A stretch of 64,000 nucleotides of DNA from IMG/VR virus record IMGVR_UViG_3300045988_114751, positions 1 through 64,000 of that record; one strand, written 5' to 3'. Within the stretch, counting starts at the first letter, position 1; every line of letters begins with the position of its first letter. The notes beneath the pieces were generated by a model. It had not been told where the DNA came from and searched no databases. It was given only the letters and a program-made list of their open reading frames with translations. Of this stretch, positions 1 through 7,763 are shown piece by piece. This DNA comes from a virus. The position numbers were made by a program, and so were the translations under genes.

Positions 1-180
1 AGCGTTCTGTAGGTTATACCAACAAAATTCAACAGATCAGCGTTTTAAAACAGCGTTCTGTAGGTTATACCAACAAAATCAAGACTAACAGCGTTTTAAA
101 ACAGTATTCTGTAGTCCCTACCAACAAAATTCAGTATGATATCGTTTTTAAAACAGTATTCTGTAAGCTTTTCCACGGAT
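1..180. repeat. Tandem direct repeats: ~51-bp unit in 3 full copies (1-51, 52-102, 103-154) plus a degenerate partial copy (155 to ~180). Each unit is AGCGTTCTGTAGGTTATACCAACAAAAT, a 9-10 nt variable segment, then CAGCGTTTTAAAAC with a palindromic GTTTTAAAAC core.
   Basis: Direct reading: units 1 and 2 are identical apart from the 9-nt variable segment; unit 3 is diverged (AGTATTCTGTAGTCCCTACC...). The array runs to the window edge and may continue upstream. Confidence 0.85.
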
Positions 181-253
181 TAAGGGTTAAGGACTGCATT
201 ATGTGAGTATTTTTTTTTCAATCGGAATGTTTAACAATTAAAATAGAGTCAAT

Positions 254-514
254 ATGAACGTATATGATTTCGCACCCGATTTAGATTTAAGTAAAGAATT
301 GGAAGGATCGGTTTTCGGGGTAAGAGGAATAGAAGGCAGTGATGGTATAGTGTATGCTAAGGTAGTTAGCTGTATAGACGTTAGGGATTATAGTTGTGAG
401 GGGTGTATTTTTTATGATTGTTATAAGGATACATGTTTGTTATCGCGTAGTGATAGTTGTATGGAAGGAGACTGGATTTGTAGGTACGAACAGGCTGCCA
501 TAGAGGGGGAGTAG
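254..514 (+). CDS. Small Cys-rich protein (86 aa), paralog of the ORF at 27772-27969; shared motif C-[ED]-G-C-I-F-x-D-[CY]-[YD]-x-x-C
   Basis: ORF track; CEGCIFYDCYKDTC here versus CDGCIFEDYDSCSC in the paralog. Confidence 0.55.
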   Translation: MNVYDFAPDLDLSKELEGSVFGVRGIEGSDGIVYAKVVSCIDVRDYSCEGCIFYDCYKDTCLLSRSDSCMEGDWICRYEQAAIEGE

Positions 515-576
515 GCGGCGCCTTGGGCTAAGGCCTGCGGTTGTAGGTGGAACGTAGGCCGGAGCAGAGCCGGAAC
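515..576. other. Short GC-rich island (GCGGCGCCTTGGGCTAAGGCCTGCGG...GGCCGGAGCAGAGCCGGAAC) in AT-rich DNA; it contains a CCGG/CCGG mini-hairpin
   Basis: Local base composition contrasts sharply with both flanks; non-coding on the credible strand. Confidence 0.4.
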
Positions 577-619
577 AGTTTATTGTGGAACGTAAAAATA
601 AAAAGGAGGAGATAGCGAT

Positions 620-700
620 ATGAAAAAGGCATTTAAGATATTTTCTATTATGTTCGTCATGGAAATAGTGCTGATAGCTATTTTAGATGCTATGGCGTAA
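620..700 (+). CDS. Micro-ORF, 26-aa hydrophobic peptide MKKAFKIFSIMFVMEIVLIAILDAMA (single predicted TM helix); candidate small membrane peptide or toxin-like peptide
   Basis: ATG at 620 sits 8 nt downstream of a perfect AAAGGAGGAG Shine-Dalgarno; TAA at 698-700. It is below the ORF-track length cutoff. Confidence 0.45.
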   Translation: MKKAFKIFSIMFVMEIVLIAILDAMA

Positions 701-740
701 GTGAGAAAAATTTCTTCATTAATTTTCTTGTGCTTTAGAC

Positions 741-826
741 AGAATGCTCCCGTCTGCGAAGATCGGAGCATTTGCTTTACGGGATTCATGGTGCAGTAGG
801 TCGGTTCGATTCCGGCAATTCCACAC
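741..826 (+). ncRNA. tRNA-like structured element 1. Hairpin 744-771 (7-bp stem ATGCTCC/GGAGCAT, 14-nt loop); canonical T-arm GTCGG-TTCGATT-CCGGC at 800-816; 3' strand AATTCCA plus discriminator C. A possible acceptor/T-arm minihelix pairs 780-786 with 817-823. No full cloverleaf was found by hand.
   Basis: GGTTCGATTCC T-loop consensus seen directly. D and anticodon arms could not be placed: only 13 nt lie between the putative acceptor 5' strand and the T-arm. Confidence 0.3.
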
Positions 827-854
827 AATATTAAAAATAAAGGAGGAAAGAAAA

Positions 855-1196
855 ATGAAAAACGGAATTGTATTACACCCAGAGTATGGATTTAATCCAT
901 CCATAGAAATATGCATAGTATGCGGTGAAGAAATGGGGATTGCTTTATTAGGAAATGGGATTAAAGGGCAGGCGCCGCATCATATATGCACGGGCAGAGT
1001 ATGTGACAATTGCAAAAAGATAATAGACGAAGGAGGCTGTTTTATTATCGAAGTCGAAGATGGCTCAGATCAAAAGAATCCGTATCGCACAGGAAGATAT
1101 TGTGCGATAAAGAAAGAGGAGGCAAAGAAAATGTTTGGACAGGAGCATAATATTGTGTACATGGAAAAGTCTGCATACAACCTAATAATATTATAA
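855..1196 (+). CDS. Zn-ribbon protein (CIVCGEE...CDNCKK), hypothetical. Start placed at ATG 855, preceded by AAAGGAGGAAAG SD, rather than the ORF-track start at 744.
   Basis: ORF track frame; the SD 7 nt upstream of ATG 855; the upstream in-frame part overlaps the structured element. Confidence 0.55.
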   Translation: MKNGIVLHPEYGFNPSIEICIVCGEEMGIALLGNGIKGQAPHHICTGRVCDNCKKIIDEGGCFIIEVEDGSDQKNPYRTGRYCAIKKEEAKKMFGQEHNIVYMEKSAYNLIIL

Positions 1197-1210
1197 AAAT
1201 AAAGAAGGGT

Positions 1211-1522
1211 ATGTTTACAAAAGAAGAGCGATTATTCATATGGAAAAAGGTATATAATATAATTGATAGGTTAGAGGATGGGGAATACATATGTATTGCA
1301 TTGAGAAATGTAGTATTAATGTTTTTCAAAACACATAATTTTTATGAGTTGAGTTCAAATAAACTGGTGAGGATATATTTCCCGGAATTGGAAGAGAAGA
1401 TAAGTATGGCCACAGAACCAGAGGAAACAAGAACGTTTTATGGGTGGTTTGGTTGTCTTAGTCCAGAAACGAAGGAGGTGCGGCTGAATATTGTGAAAGA
1501 TATTATAAAAGAGTTAGAATAG
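1211..1522 (+). CDS. hypothetical protein (103 aa)
   Basis: ORF track; same-strand operon context. Confidence 0.5.
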   Translation: MFTKEERLFIWKKVYNIIDRLEDGEYICIALRNVVLMFFKTHNFYELSSNKLVRIYFPELEEKISMATEPEETRTFYGWFGCLSPETKEVRLNIVKDIIKELE

Positions 1523-1568
1523 TATTTTTTGTTAATCTATTTTATTCATCAAATTAAGTTTGGGTTTT

Positions 1569-1677
1569 GGCATGTCGGTTCGTGAGGATAGACATGCCTA
1601 TTTCTGTATCATAGAGGGGATGACGCGGCGTGCCGGTATGTATGTGCTGGTCCTGGTTCGATTCTGGGTATCTCACA
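1569..1677 (+). ncRNA. tRNA-like structured element 2. Hairpin 1569-1598 (8-bp stem GGCATGTC/GACATGCC, 14-nt loop), then T-arm-like CCTGG-TTCGATT-CTGGG at 1652-1668 and a 3' tail TATCTCAC. Same architecture as element 1.
   Basis: Direct reading; second occurrence of the GGTTCGATTC motif ~60 nt 3' of a hairpin with a 14-nt loop; the cloverleaf is not resolved. Confidence 0.25.
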
Positions 1678-1697
1678 AACAATAAAATAAAAGAGTT

Positions 1698-1907
1698 ATG
1701 AGAATATATAAGAATGATATTATAAAGGCGTCAGCGATAAGCACAGACGACGACAGAGGTTTGTTGCTGTGTTCAATGACAGATTCAGGCTTTACGTCTA
1801 TAGCGAGTGTGATATCGGCTGTTAAAGACAAGTTACCAAACAAAGATCATAAGAAGATGGTGTTTGAAATCTTGAATGATACGAAAAAAAGAGTACGGAC
1901 GATATAA
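1698..1907 (+). CDS. hypothetical protein (69 aa)
   Basis: ORF track. Confidence 0.45.
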   Translation: MRIYKNDIIKASAISTDDDRGLLLCSMTDSGFTSIASVISAVKDKLPNKDHKKMVFEILNDTKKRVRTI

Positions 1908-2051
1908 CAATTGTGGGACAAAAGTATTGTAATAAAGAGCAGAAAACAATATGTTTATGTAATGTTAGTTTTTTCATTTTTATTGAAAGGAGTGCCGGCC
2001 AGTGAAGGTATGCGCTCTTTGTATTTGTATAATGCATAAAACAATAATAAT

Positions 2052-2306
2052 ATGACAGATAATAACATAGATGTGAATATCGTACCTGTAAGGAATGGTG
2101 CGAAACGTGTTGTGGTATCATATTACCATTATTCACGCAAGGATAAAAATCATATGAGTTCTCAAACGGATTACGTGTGGGAAACAAAGAATGAAGAAAT
2201 GTTTAAATACTTTGAGGCCAGGAGGACAAAAGTATTTTATAGTCAGATTCGTGCCATGTGTAGATTCTATGGCAAGAAAAATGTACGTAAATACAAAAAG
2301 TTATGA
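2052..2306 (+). CDS. hypothetical protein (84 aa)
   Basis: ORF track; ATGA overlap with the next ORF. Confidence 0.5.
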   Translation: MTDNNIDVNIVPVRNGAKRVVVSYYHYSRKDKNHMSSQTDYVWETKNEEMFKYFEARRTKVFYSQIRAMCRFYGKKNVRKYKKL

Positions 2307-3112
2307 TATTAAAAACAACAACCAACGAATTTTGTTTCATTAACGTAAGTTTTTATGAAACAGTAGCAGACCCGCGTCATTTCTTTTCACAGGAATATGA
2401 TGAGATGCCGGAATATGAAGAAGAATCGGATTTTGATTTTGATTCTTATTGCAATAAGTTTATTCCTTTTGTACAGGAATGGGCGAATAAGGTGGGCGAA
2501 CGCCTTTATGAATATGGTGTGAATAACATAAAGGTAATATCGGTCGGATATCCAAAAGAATACAATTATGGTACTGATTGGATGAATGTAAGGGTAGAGT
2601 TTTGTGATGAATGGAGGCAAAAGATGTTATCTAACATTGGTAAGATTGTCAATGATGATAAATGCAAGAAGTATGCGGAGGCTAATTACCGATCGGTATC
2701 AGGATACATCTTTTTAGGGCCTGAAGATTTAAATGAATTTGAAAAGGAAATAATAGAAAGAAAGTCGGATTCCGGATATGATGTAACAATATTATTAAAT
2801 ATGTATCTAACTTTGGCTTTTGTAAAAGAATTTGGATTTAAAGCCGGAGAAGCATGGAGTGAAATAACAGAATATGCTTACGGATGTTTGTCGTATTCCG
2901 ATTTTGCAACAACGGAAACGCTTATACCGGAAGGTTCGGAGTATTTATTCAATGATGTGCATACAGCAGAAGCCGACGAATTATATCATCATGTCCTGGA
3001 TAAATTCGGATGGGCGTGGCGTGATCCGAAATATAAGTCAGAAACAGAATTATGCGCAATGTTAAAATGGGCAAAAGAAAAAGGCTTGACCATTGAAGAG
3101 TTAAGTATTTAA
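2303..3112 (+). CDS. hypothetical protein (269 aa)
   Basis: ORF track. Confidence 0.6.
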   Translation: MILKTTTNEFCFINVSFYETVADPRHFFSQEYDEMPEYEEESDFDFDSYCNKFIPFVQEWANKVGERLYEYGVNNIKVISVGYPKEYNYGTDWMNVRVEFCDEWRQKMLSNIGKIVNDDKCKKYAEANYRSVSGYIFLGPEDLNEFEKEIIERKSDSGYDVTILLNMYLTLAFVKEFGFKAGEAWSEITEYAYGCLSYSDFATTETLIPEGSEYLFNDVHTAEADELYHHVLDKFGWAWRDPKYKSETELCAMLKWAKEKGLTIEELSI

Positions 3113-3424
3113 TTGTTAAACATAAGGCAGTATTGGTGCGTGAGCATAGGTGCTGCCGTTAAAATATTTTATAAGATGAAAAAAGAAGAGATTCAAACTA
3201 TTTTATACACAATCAAAGAAGGAGACAGTATTAAGATCAAAGTACAAGACAAAAGTGAAGAGATAAGACTGCGGGATCATGTAAGAAGAACGCAGAAATA
3301 CGGATACAGGTTTTGTTTGTCTCATTTACATGATGGAATTTTCTATCTGGAGAAGTTGGAAGAAGGGGATAAGGATAAATACTATAGAGTAATAAACAGA
3401 GGAAATGGAAAGACCGGAGTATAA
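3113..3424 (+). CDS. hypothetical protein. The track start is a TTG; an in-frame ATG at 3176 (MKKEEIQTIL...) is a more likely start.
   Basis: ORF track; start codon inspected directly. Confidence 0.5.
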   Translation: MLNIRQYWCVSIGAAVKIFYKMKKEEIQTILYTIKEGDSIKIKVQDKSEEIRLRDHVRRTQKYGYRFCLSHLHDGIFYLEKLEEGDKDKYYRVINRGNGKTGV

Positions 3425-3698
3425 TAAACTACGCAAAATGGCTAAGACTACTCCAGGTCTGATAGTGGACGAGGCGCAAAACATGATGCGTGTATCGCTA
3501 TACGATAATGGGGAACTTAAGAAGGTGGTAGTGGTAATGAAATGCGATTCTTTTTTACAGTCAAAAAGTAACATAGAAAAGATAATGTTATTATCATCTT
3601 CTATAGAAGATAGAAAAAACAAAGAAAAAAATAAAACAAAATCAGAAAATGAACAGAATAACAAAAATAAGAGAAGAAATAGGAGGAAAACAGGTTGA
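3405..3698 (+). CDS. Doubtful ORF with a Lys/Asn-rich low-complexity tail; it overlaps both neighbours
   Basis: ORF track only. Confidence 0.25.
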   Translation: MERPEYNKLRKMAKTTPGLIVDEAQNMMRVSLYDNGELKKVVVVMKCDSFLQSKSNIEKIMLLSSSIEDRKNKEKNKTKSENEQNNKNKRRNRRKTG

Positions 3699-4032
3699 TT
3701 TAACCTTTTACGGGCGCTTTTGCAGCCTTATCGAAGGTGATAGAAAGATAATACTAAGGGCAATAAAAAACGGTCGTAAAAAAGGCGTAATCGGGGCCAT
3801 TCAGCCTGGGAGACATGACAGAATTTGGACCACATGGTCTATTGCTTTTAACGATCTGAAGGTAGGGGATACGGTAGAGTTCAGTACATCTGGAAAATAC
3901 AATCCCGGATTTCATGCTACGGAAAAGTATGTAGGGTGTGTAGAATGGATAAAAGGGTCGGAATGTGCGATAAAAACCGGTAAGGGAATAGCAGTAGTAT
4001 TAATTAAACACGTGGAAAGGGTGATAAAATGA
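3649..4032 (+). CDS. hypothetical protein (127 aa)
   Basis: ORF track; ATGA overlap with the 4029 ORF. Confidence 0.55.
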   Translation: MNRITKIREEIGGKQVDLTFYGRFCSLIEGDRKIILRAIKNGRKKGVIGAIQPGRHDRIWTTWSIAFNDLKVGDTVEFSTSGKYNPGFHATEKYVGCVEWIKGSECAIKTGKGIAVVLIKHVERVIK

Positions 4033-4313
4033 TGGATTTAAGAATGTTTATAGACCTATTTCAGGAGATTGAGGTAGAGAACTTGTTTAAGGCGTTAGAT
4101 TTGTGTATGGAATATGCAAGATTAGATTTGCATGTGTTTAATGTAGGAGCTCATGTAACGTGTTCATACAGTAATGATCTTGAATCGCTTTCACAGGTAG
4201 AAGGTTGTAATGTGAATATGATAATAGAGGTACCTCGCTTATTCGAAGCATTCATGGAATACGCTTCACCGGAAATGAAGTTGTATTACGAAAAACTAAC
4301 AGAGACAGTATAA
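4029..4313 (+). CDS. hypothetical protein (94 aa)
   Basis: ORF track. Confidence 0.55.
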   Translation: MMDLRMFIDLFQEIEVENLFKALDLCMEYARLDLHVFNVGAHVTCSYSNDLESLSQVEGCNVNMIIEVPRLFEAFMEYASPEMKLYYEKLTETV

Positions 4314-4314
4314 T

Positions 4315-4788
4315 ATGAAAGAGGAAGTAGAACGGATAAAGAAGTTGGTTGGCATAGATCATGATAGATGGGAGCAACCTTGTACATGTGATAAATGTAA
4401 GAATATGTGTAAGGTTCCTTGTATTGGTACACCAAAGGACATAGAAGCTATCATAGATGCAGGATATGCTGACAGGCTAAAAGAGACAATGTGGATGGTG
4501 GGGTATCTTGCAGTGAAAGAAAAACCAATAGCGATGATCCAACCAACAGAGAAAGACGGGTGGTGCGTGTTCCGCCGGCCAGACGGTCTCTGCGAGCTGC
4601 ATGACCGTGGACTAAAGCCGACTGAAGGAGTTCTGGCTTCTTGTAAGGTGGTTGAAGAAGACAATGTCCCAACATATGAAACGTCTGTACTTAGAGCAGT
4701 AGCTCATGAGTGGGTTAAGGTAGAGAACTTCGCAACTATAATGAGGGTCGTTTTTAAATTTTTGCATGAAAATGAACGTAGAAAATAA
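4315..4788 (+). CDS. hypothetical Cys-containing protein (157 aa)
   Basis: ORF track. Confidence 0.55.
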   Translation: MKEEVERIKKLVGIDHDRWEQPCTCDKCKNMCKVPCIGTPKDIEAIIDAGYADRLKETMWMVGYLAVKEKPIAMIQPTEKDGWCVFRRPDGLCELHDRGLKPTEGVLASCKVVEEDNVPTYETSVLRAVAHEWVKVENFATIMRVVFKFLHENERRK

Positions 4789-5176
4789 ATTAGATAAAGT
4801 GGTTAATATCCTAAAAGAAAAAGGATTTGTAGTATATAGAAAGGGCGGGAAGGAGCCAGGTGTGTTTTACGCTAAAGAAGGTGACAGCCGGATAGGATTC
4901 GTTTATCCCAACAACGGATATATATATGATAGAATAAAAATGTGGTCTTTTTCAAGGATATATAAACCACATAAGAAAACCGGGTCTTCGTGTTTAATGA
5001 GCGTCAGCGACGAATTTACGATAGAGAATGCGATTAAGAACATAGAGGATAGACTGTGGGTGAATTATATAAAAGATGGTAACAGAAAACGACCAGAAGA
5101 ATATAAAAATATAAGAGAATTTGTTGGTAGCTTCACTAAATTCTACAACTCTGTAGAATTAGTTGAGGTTAAGTAG
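4766..5176 (+). CDS. hypothetical protein (136 aa)
   Basis: ORF track. Confidence 0.55.
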   Translation: MKMNVENKLDKVVNILKEKGFVVYRKGGKEPGVFYAKEGDSRIGFVYPNNGYIYDRIKMWSFSRIYKPHKKTGSSCLMSVSDEFTIENAIKNIEDRLWVNYIKDGNRKRPEEYKNIREFVGSFTKFYNSVELVEVK

Positions 5177-5250
5177 TTTTCCATGTAAGTTAGTTACCGG
5201 CACTGGTCTGTGAAGATAGGTGTCGTTTTTTTTAAGAAAGGAGGATAAAG

Positions 5251-5502
5251 ATGGAGAAAAGAGACAAGGAAATGCCTTACGAGGTAATCATACAGGAGAG
5301 AAACAAAGTGGATTTATACGGTAACGTAGTATATTATATATATTGGTTTGATAAATATGGGAACGATATTACAAACGAATGGAAATTCTGGAGCAAGGGT
5401 CCGAAAAAGAAATATGATAGAGTCAATCGCTATTTAACGGATAGTTGGCTAAAGGAATACTGTAAGAACAACAATTTAAAAATAAGTAGAATAAAGGAAT
5501 GA
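5251..5502 (+). CDS. hypothetical protein (83 aa); GAAAGGAGGATAAAG SD upstream
   Basis: ORF track plus SD. Confidence 0.6.
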   Translation: MEKRDKEMPYEVIIQERNKVDLYGNVVYYIYWFDKYGNDITNEWKFWSKGPKKKYDRVNRYLTDSWLKEYCKNNNLKISRIKE

Positions 5503-5589
5503 AGCCGGGAAAGCATGCTATGATAACAAACGAGTATGGTGTCTTGGATATTATAAAAGAAAAATTTGACAACATAAATATAATGGAAT

Positions 5590-5841
5590 ATGGATCTAAA
5601 TAAATTGTATAAAGAAATAGAAGAAGCGGAGGTCAATCTGAATGCAAAAAGATTAAAGTACATCAAAGAAGCATTAACGGAGAACGGTGGAAGCGTAAAG
5701 CTAAAATTTAAAGAGTTTAAAGAATGGCAAGAAGCTAATAACGTGTTTGACTTTGATGATCAGTTTCCAGTGATAATAGAAATTGATGGAAATTCTATGT
5801 ATTTAACGGAAGTGTATGTCAAAAAAACGATTTTCGTGTAG
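5590..5841 (+). CDS. hypothetical protein (83 aa)
   Basis: ORF track. Confidence 0.5.
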   Translation: MDLNKLYKEIEEAEVNLNAKRLKYIKEALTENGGSVKLKFKEFKEWQEANNVFDFDDQFPVIIEIDGNSMYLTEVYVKKTIFV

Positions 5842-5943
5842 TCATGCTGGATTATACTGATATGACTTTTTATGATTATAGCAATCCAGGGGAAAATGAA
5901 CAGGTTGCTTATTTTATTAACTATTGCTTAAATCAAGACAAAG

Positions 5944-6132
5944 ATGGGAAAGAGTAGAAAAGATTATGAGAAGTATCTTAACTCAATATCTCCAGATAGA
6001 GACGATGAGGCATGGATCATTGGAGGAAAGGACAGGTATTGCGGTAGAGAGAATTATGGCACTATGATCAAAAGGTATGATCCTATTGGTTTTAACGTAG
6101 GGTACAGGGAGTGGGCAGAACAGCCAGATTGA
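5944..6132 (+). CDS. hypothetical protein (62 aa)
   Basis: ORF track. Confidence 0.4.
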   Translation: MGKSRKDYEKYLNSISPDRDDEAWIIGGKDRYCGRENYGTMIKRYDPIGFNVGYREWAEQPD

Positions 6133-6145
6133 CATACTCCCATAG

Positions 6146-7285
6146 CTAAAGCGAATGGGATTCTTGGATACAAACGTATGGAACCCCTGCATTTCTGCAA
6201 CCGGAATTACCCATACTTTCCAATTCGGAAATGCCCTTCCGAAGTATATTACGGGCTGCAAGAACATCACGGTCGTTTACCGCTCCGCACGCTGGGCATA
6301 CCCACGTGCGGTCGCGTAACGACAGACCTTTATTAATGCAGCCACATTCGCAAGTTTTGGAAGAAGGATATCATTTGTCAATCTTGTGTATCGTTACTCC
6401 ATACTTTGAAGCAACATACATTAGCTTATCAATAAAAGAAGAATGACTGAGATCAGAAACTTTCTTTCCCCACAAACGTTTCATTCCTTCAATGTTTAGG
6501 TCTTCAATAAAAATATAATCATATTGTTTGCACAAATCATGAGCTAATCCCCATTGAAAATCTGATCGAAGATCGTTTATTTTACGATACGCTTGTTGTA
6601 GTTCAAACAGTCTCCTTCTTCTATTATTGGATCCTTTCTTTGCATTAGAAAACCGTTTGTTTAGTTTTCTAATCTTGTTTTGATATTGTTTGAAGAATAG
6701 TGGAGAATCGATTTTGCTACCATCGCTTTTAGTTAGATAAGTTTTCAGACCAAAATCAAATCCGATAGATGCACCATCATGTGTCTTTCTATAAGAGTTT
6801 ATAAGATTATGATCTGTAACTATAATCAAACTAAAACGTGAACAGGTTTCTCTAACTATTCTAATTTGTTTAACATTACCTTCGTAGACCCTACTGTATG
6901 AGAATTTAAATCGTTTCTTTCCTTTGTTGATTGTTAAACAATTACCATTCAGGGTAAACCCTCCTTGTTTGAAAACAAAAGAGTTAAAACAATCAGCTCT
7001 TTTGAACTTAGGTGGTCGTTTAGCCAACTTCTTGAAGAAACGATTGTATGCTGAGTCTAACCTTTGAATAATTTCTTGTGTTGTTTGGGAATGAAGAAGA
7101 TTTCTCTTAATTCTTTTAGAGAAATGCTTTTGCATCTTACCAACTGGTATGTATTTTCCAAACAGTTTGTAATATCTACGTTGTAGGGATAAAGCATGAT
7201 TCCATACAAAACAGCATTCGCGAAGCATCTTATCAAGATACTTCGTTTTCTTGGAATGATAGATGTTGTATTTGTAGGAAATCAT
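6146..7285 (-). pseudogene. tnpB: IS200/IS605-family TnpB (OrfB) interrupted by one in-frame TGA at 6371-6373. N-terminal 304 codons: ...IEDLNIEGM...HKIDK. After the stop the same frame continues for 74 codons: YPSSKTCECGCINKGLSLRDRTWVCPACGAVNDRDVLAARNILRKG (zinc finger plus RuvC-III). No tnpA.
   Basis: The minus-strand frame downstream of the track stop was translated by hand and gives the canonical TnpB C-terminus. The stop aligns with the F of IDRFYPSSKTC in the intact copy at 51261-52403. Confidence 0.8.
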
Positions 7286-7384
7286 TTTTAATCACATTTA
7301 TAATACAAATATAATAATAACTTTTTGGCATATATCAGAATCAATTATTAAAAAAATACATATATGAATAAAAGAATCATTGAT

Positions 7385-7404
7385 CCCCTGCTTAAAAGCA
7401 GGGG
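7385..7404. other. Perfect hairpin CCCCTGC-TTAAAA-GCAGGGG at the 5' flank of tnpB; candidate IS left-end subterminal hairpin or transcription terminator/insulator
   Basis: Direct reading; 7-bp GC-rich stem followed by ATTTGTT. Confidence 0.4.
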
Positions 7405-7445
7405 ATTTGTTAAAGATCGTAAAAAGAAGATTAAAATAATAGCTT

Positions 7446-7760
7446 ATGACATTTCGAGAATTTATGCAGGAGAACGGCTATGACCTGATAACTACCTTTT
7501 GGGAAGATTTCAGCATAGCCGACAAGTATGGTATAGCAGGTGTCAAGGATACCTACAGACGTGCGTTCAATGAATGGAAAGACGATTATAAGTTTTTCAC
7601 GGAATTAACGCTCGTACTGAATCATAAAATATGGCAACATTACGAAAGCGATCGTGAACTGGCTGCATTGTATGACCGGTTGTGGCGGGAAGCCGACGAG
7701 TATGCCATGAACAATTTTAAGGGAGAAGAGCTTGATTATTATTACAGAGTAACAGATTAG
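7446..7760 (+). CDS. hypothetical protein (104 aa)
   Basis: ORF track. Confidence 0.55.
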   Translation: MTFREFMQENGYDLITTFWEDFSIADKYGIAGVKDTYRRAFNEWKDDYKFFTELTLVLNHKIWQHYESDRELAALYDRLWREADEYAMNNFKGEELDYYYRVTD

Positions 7761-7763
7761 AAA

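Noticed and set aside
1-180. CRISPR array
   Set aside because: The variable segments between conserved parts are only 9-10 nt, far shorter than CRISPR spacers, and the conserved part is split into two pieces. The array is better described as iteron-like tandem repeats.
741-826. Confident tRNA gene call
   Set aside because: The T-arm and the acceptor 3' strand are convincing, but the D-arm and anticodon arm cannot be fitted into the 13-nt gap. Without a covariance-model score it stays a tRNA-like element.
580-916. Minus-strand ORFs 580-828 and 719-916
   Set aside because: They are antisense to an SD-led micro-ORF, a structured RNA element and the start of the 855 gene. They have no RBS and give hydrophobic low-complexity translations.
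4359-4675. Minus-strand ORFs 4359-4664 and 4451-4675 (Ser/Arg/Pro-rich)
   Set aside because: They are antisense shadows of the plus-strand 4315-4788 gene in a locally GC-richer stretch, with low-complexity translations.
6371-6373. Genome-wide TGA recoding (alternative genetic code) as the explanation for the in-frame TGA in tnpB copy 1
   Set aside because: TGA, TAA and TAG all terminate well-formed ORFs elsewhere, including ATGA stop/start overlaps (for example 4029-4032 and 22998-23001). The standard code therefore applies, and the TGA is a local nonsense codon or a suppressed stop.
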